Shown here in pieces: positions 60,273-64,000 of a DNA stretch of 64,000 nucleotides; the first letter of the stretch is position 1; each line of letters opens with the position of its first letter. Under the pieces are notes generated by a model that saw only the letters and a program-made list of their open reading frames with translations, was not told where the DNA came from and made no database searches. This stretch comes from Chlorokybus atmophyticus. Taxonomy: Eukaryota > Plantae > Mesostigma and Chlorokybus algae. The position numbers and the translations under genes were made by a program. The stretch spans positions 619,064 through 683,063 of the forward strand of contig RHPI01000797.1 of assembly GCA_009103225.1 (NCBI GenBank). Direction: 5' to 3'.

Positions 60273-63265
60273 CCCTCGACCCGCTTAGTTAACGCCTCCT
60301 GTAGGACACCTCGTACGCACATTATGCCCTATACCAATCGGTGTCCACTTTGTTAACGGCTCCTCCGGCGGCCGCGTTACTGGCATTCAATACATAGCGG
60401 CCGTTAGTCAAATTTCCTTGTTGAAGTTGTTATCGTGACGGGCGTGACATATCGTGCTTTCACGCGTGACTTTCATTTTTCGGTGGTCATTTGTGGCGCC
60501 ATGATAGCGCCTTATGTACATAAAACATATAAACATTCAACAATATATATGCATGAATATATACATATTTGCAATCGTACATATAGAGGTCGTGGTATAT
60601 AAACATACATACACATGCATAAGGACACGTCAATTGCCATGTGCACACCGTGCTCATTTCGTGCATTTATTATCATTGCGTTTATTCGCCTATATTTGAG
60701 GAACTCCAAACATGAATGTGTATTGACAGCCTAGATGCGTTCAATGTCGATCTTATGGTACCAAACTATCACTCACCGTCAGCTAATTGCACTCGCCTGC
60801 TGGCGTTACTGTCTTGCCATGTAGCGTGACGCTATCATAATAACGCGCGCGTCAACTTTTAAGCCGACTGACAAGTGTTAAACGGTCAGTCAAAACGTTG
60901 CATGCTTTAAATATATAGTGGCGCTATCTCGGTAACATTAGAAGCAGTGGCCAAACGGAACTTGCAGTAACCATCACTGCTGGTTACATTTGTATGGAGA
61001 TATACATATCTGCCCTATAAGTATATGTTCTCAAGGACCAAGTATACTTTTTAGTAGAGTAGACTGCTACTACTTCAACGTATTCACTAGTGCGTCATAC
61101 CCGTGGCACAACCACTGGTTCCATGGTGCTTGTACCATAGTTGCACCATACGGCATGCGGGTGTATACGGGTATGCATCAAAGGCCGTCCTTGCATACGG
61201 CAATAATACTTGCATACAATGTTGTTCCAGTCGTAATGCACCCTTTTTGCACTGCCCCACCGCCAGAAACATGCCCCTGCCCCGCGTTTAGGGCCATTGC
61301 GCACCGCGCGCCACCAGCAATTCACAACTTGGTGACGCGCGGTGCAGATTAGCGCATAAATCGGGGCAGGGGCATTTGTCTGGCGGTGGAACAGCATAAG
61401 GGTTTAACATACGCATGCGCATGCAATGAGTATGCATTCCAGTTTATATTATACGCGTATGCAATGGACTTTGGAGCCGTATGGTGCAACTATGGCTTGT
61501 ACCTCTCTGATTATTATGATGGGCTTTTACCATGGGGNNNNNNNNNNNNNNNNNNNNNNNNNNNNNNNNNNNNNNNNNNNNNNNNNNNNNNNNNNNNNNN
61601 NNNNNNNNNNNNNNNNNNNNNNNNNGAGGGGGGGAATTTCAGGCAGTGTATGAGCGTGCATATGGTATGTATGCATGTGTTCGTGTGTATCAAGCAATAT
61701 ATCACAGCAATCACTTGTGATAATAATTATTGACATGACCCATTGGCACTACATATATATGTATGCATGTGCTCGTGTGTATCAGGCAGTGTATCATCGT
61801 GATCACTTGTGATAATCATTCGCACATATATATGTAACCACATATATGTGGCATCCTAATGCCACAACATCTTGTGAGCATGTGTTGCATGACACATATA
61901 CCTCCCCAATTATACCACTTCAAGTTAACCAAGTTATTAAGAAGTAATCCTTGTTTAATCATATGATACATTACGCATTGCATAATGTATATGTGGGCAT
62001 AATGTGGGTCAACTGCGTACACATCACGCATTGCATATATACGTGGGCATAATGTGGGCCACTTGCGTAGGACCGTTTGAACAACAGTTATACGAAGCGC
62101 GTTTGTACTGGGCGTTTTCAGCTCATAGCGTTGTATTTGCTCATTGGCGCAGAGTGCACAATCGTGCAGCCTGCAACCCCATGTTGAGGTAGTGTGTTAT
62201 TTTCTTTTTAAGTACGGTGCCATTTCACATGCTGATGCATGCCATGCAAAATGCGCATACACAGATGCGGCATCTTTGCATGCGCAATCTGTTGCGGCTT
62301 TGCACACTATGCTTTATGCATAGCCATCTTCAACCATTATAGCCCACGACTGTACGCTCTCTCATCACACTTTTGTCGATGTCACCTACTCTATATGTCC
62401 GCAGCGCGTACGTCTCCTCCGCAGCAGCCAGGGTTCCACCGTCTTTGCAAGTTGCAAAAACGCCGCCACATCCGTACACATGGTGCGTGCGTGCGTGCGT
62501 GCGTGCGTATGCATGTTGTTCATAATAAGGTCAATAAATTGTTATGCGTTAAGCACACATATTCATTAGAATACACATGCAGCAATACACCAAATATCAA
62601 ACGTAACATGATGATCATACCTTTTACATCTAGATTTGCTTTACCAATTGTACATCTGCTACATCGCGACCACCACTGTATACAGCTCGTAGCGCTCACA
62701 ATAGATGCCACCCGTTGTGCGCATGTATTCTTGTGCATAATGTTTATGGTCACTGCCATGCTCAAAGCACACACATACAAATACACATGCGCAAATGCGC
62801 GTAGTATCCAATGCAACATGACTAACCGATAGGCAGGCTACCTTCACATGTATTACTGCTGTATCAAATGAATATTTTCCATATTGTAATCACCATTATA
62901 ATAACTATAATTTTTATAATCATTGGGCGCCACCCATTTTGCACTTGTATTGTTATTAGTATGATTGCATACACATACACAATTTGCACTATGGCTTAAT
63001 TCAGTGCATGCTACGCAGTAACAATTCATTGTCACACATACATGACAGCGCACATACTCAACATTACACACACACATGCTGGTAAGCGCATATTGCTTAG
63101 CTAGCGTGTGCATGTTGCTTGACTTGTATGCACGCTATGCATGCTTGAGTGTTACTGTTGTTGTTCGTGTGTGTGCACAGACTGCATGTGTGCAACATGA
63201 CCCATGCCCTATGCATGTTGCATTTTTTGTACACACACTCTCACAATCCCTCTTGCAACTTTTGT

Positions 63266-63812
63266 TCACCACGCACCGCCGCCCCGACGCTGCGAGCGGC
63301 CTGCCTCTACCCTGCCTCCCTGCCGCCAATTTTTGACCGCCAACGCGACGGATGACGCGCGGCGCGCGCGCATGCTTATCAGCGCCCTGGTGTGCCGTCG
63401 GTAGGCTTCGAGTTCGGACGCATGGTATGCATTGGGCTTCACCACTAAGCAGGTGGTGTCACCCAATGCATCCATCCGAATAATAAAACTCTTTGGCTTC
63501 CGGGCCGGCTTCGGCAGCGCGGTAAGGCAGCGCGGTAAGCTTTCATGAAATTTAGATGCCACGTGGCGGCCGAACGAACATACAGACTGACCAAACGCTG
63601 TTTACAACGCTAGGGATAATAAGCCGTCGGCCAAGCTTACGCAGACTCTGCTTGCCAAGCAGCCAGCCGGCACCCGCAAACATAGTTGAAACTCGCTCAT
63701 TAGATATCATGGGATGCCAATGTTCAAGAACAAATACTGCCAACCATGCCTGTACATGAATTACTGCCCGTCCGATGCTAGCATGGCGTCCGCCTCCGTC
63801 GTCAACGTCGCC
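63266..63812 (-). pseudogene. Unassigned decayed reading frame downstream of a telo-box-like motif (63910)
   Basis: One frame reads as continuous protein-like sequence interrupted by three stops; no family recognised. Confidence 0.2.
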
Positions 63813-64000
63813 ATCGCCGGCCCCCACCCTGGCACGGCCGCCACAGCAGCCGCTCCGCGCTCCAGTATGGCGAGGCCCTGCGCACGCTGTAGGGCGCAGG
63901 CGTTATTTGGTTAGGGTTAACCGCTAGACTTGCTTGTTTATCAATGGCCACAGGACTTCAGAAACGTACGTTGATGTATCAGTACCGAGCAGTTGACTTT

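Noticed and set aside
60990-63113. Short Cys/His/Tyr-rich ORFs as Helitron Rep fragments
   Set aside because: No HUH or YxxK motif could be read with confidence; composition reflects TG/CA-rich low-complexity DNA.

Overview
Eukaryotic, intron-rich DNA of a green-lineage organism, probably an alga. This is inferred from an ELF4-like gene, a plant-type SUMO, plastid transit peptides and TTTAGGG telo-boxes; the species cannot be determined. The window has two halves. 1-23 kb is compact host gene space: an actobindin/WH2-repeat-like gene, SUMO, a theta-class GST, MSH3, ELF4-like, a lumen-targeted NTF2/SnoaL-like gene and an unknown plastid protein, with one truncated Penelope-like RT between MSH3 and ELF4-like. 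23-64 kb is a decayed mobile-element island. It holds a Ty3/Gypsy integrase remnant with a PHD finger and one LTR, and a spliced Plavaka-type transposase lying tail-to-tail with a spliced gene that fuses Zn-finger and Tudor domains to a bacterial/phage-type C5 cytosine methyltransferase. It also holds a 7.4-kb tandem duplication (OTU-protease/RING gene, an unknown 7-exon gene, a palindromic 53-bp array), a PIF1 helicase remnant and a full-length hAT element with TIRs and TSD. The best candidate for an undescribed system is the Plavaka-linked cargo cluster (about 28.6-50 kb), above all the Tudor-MTase. All family calls come from motif recognition by eye; no database search was run.
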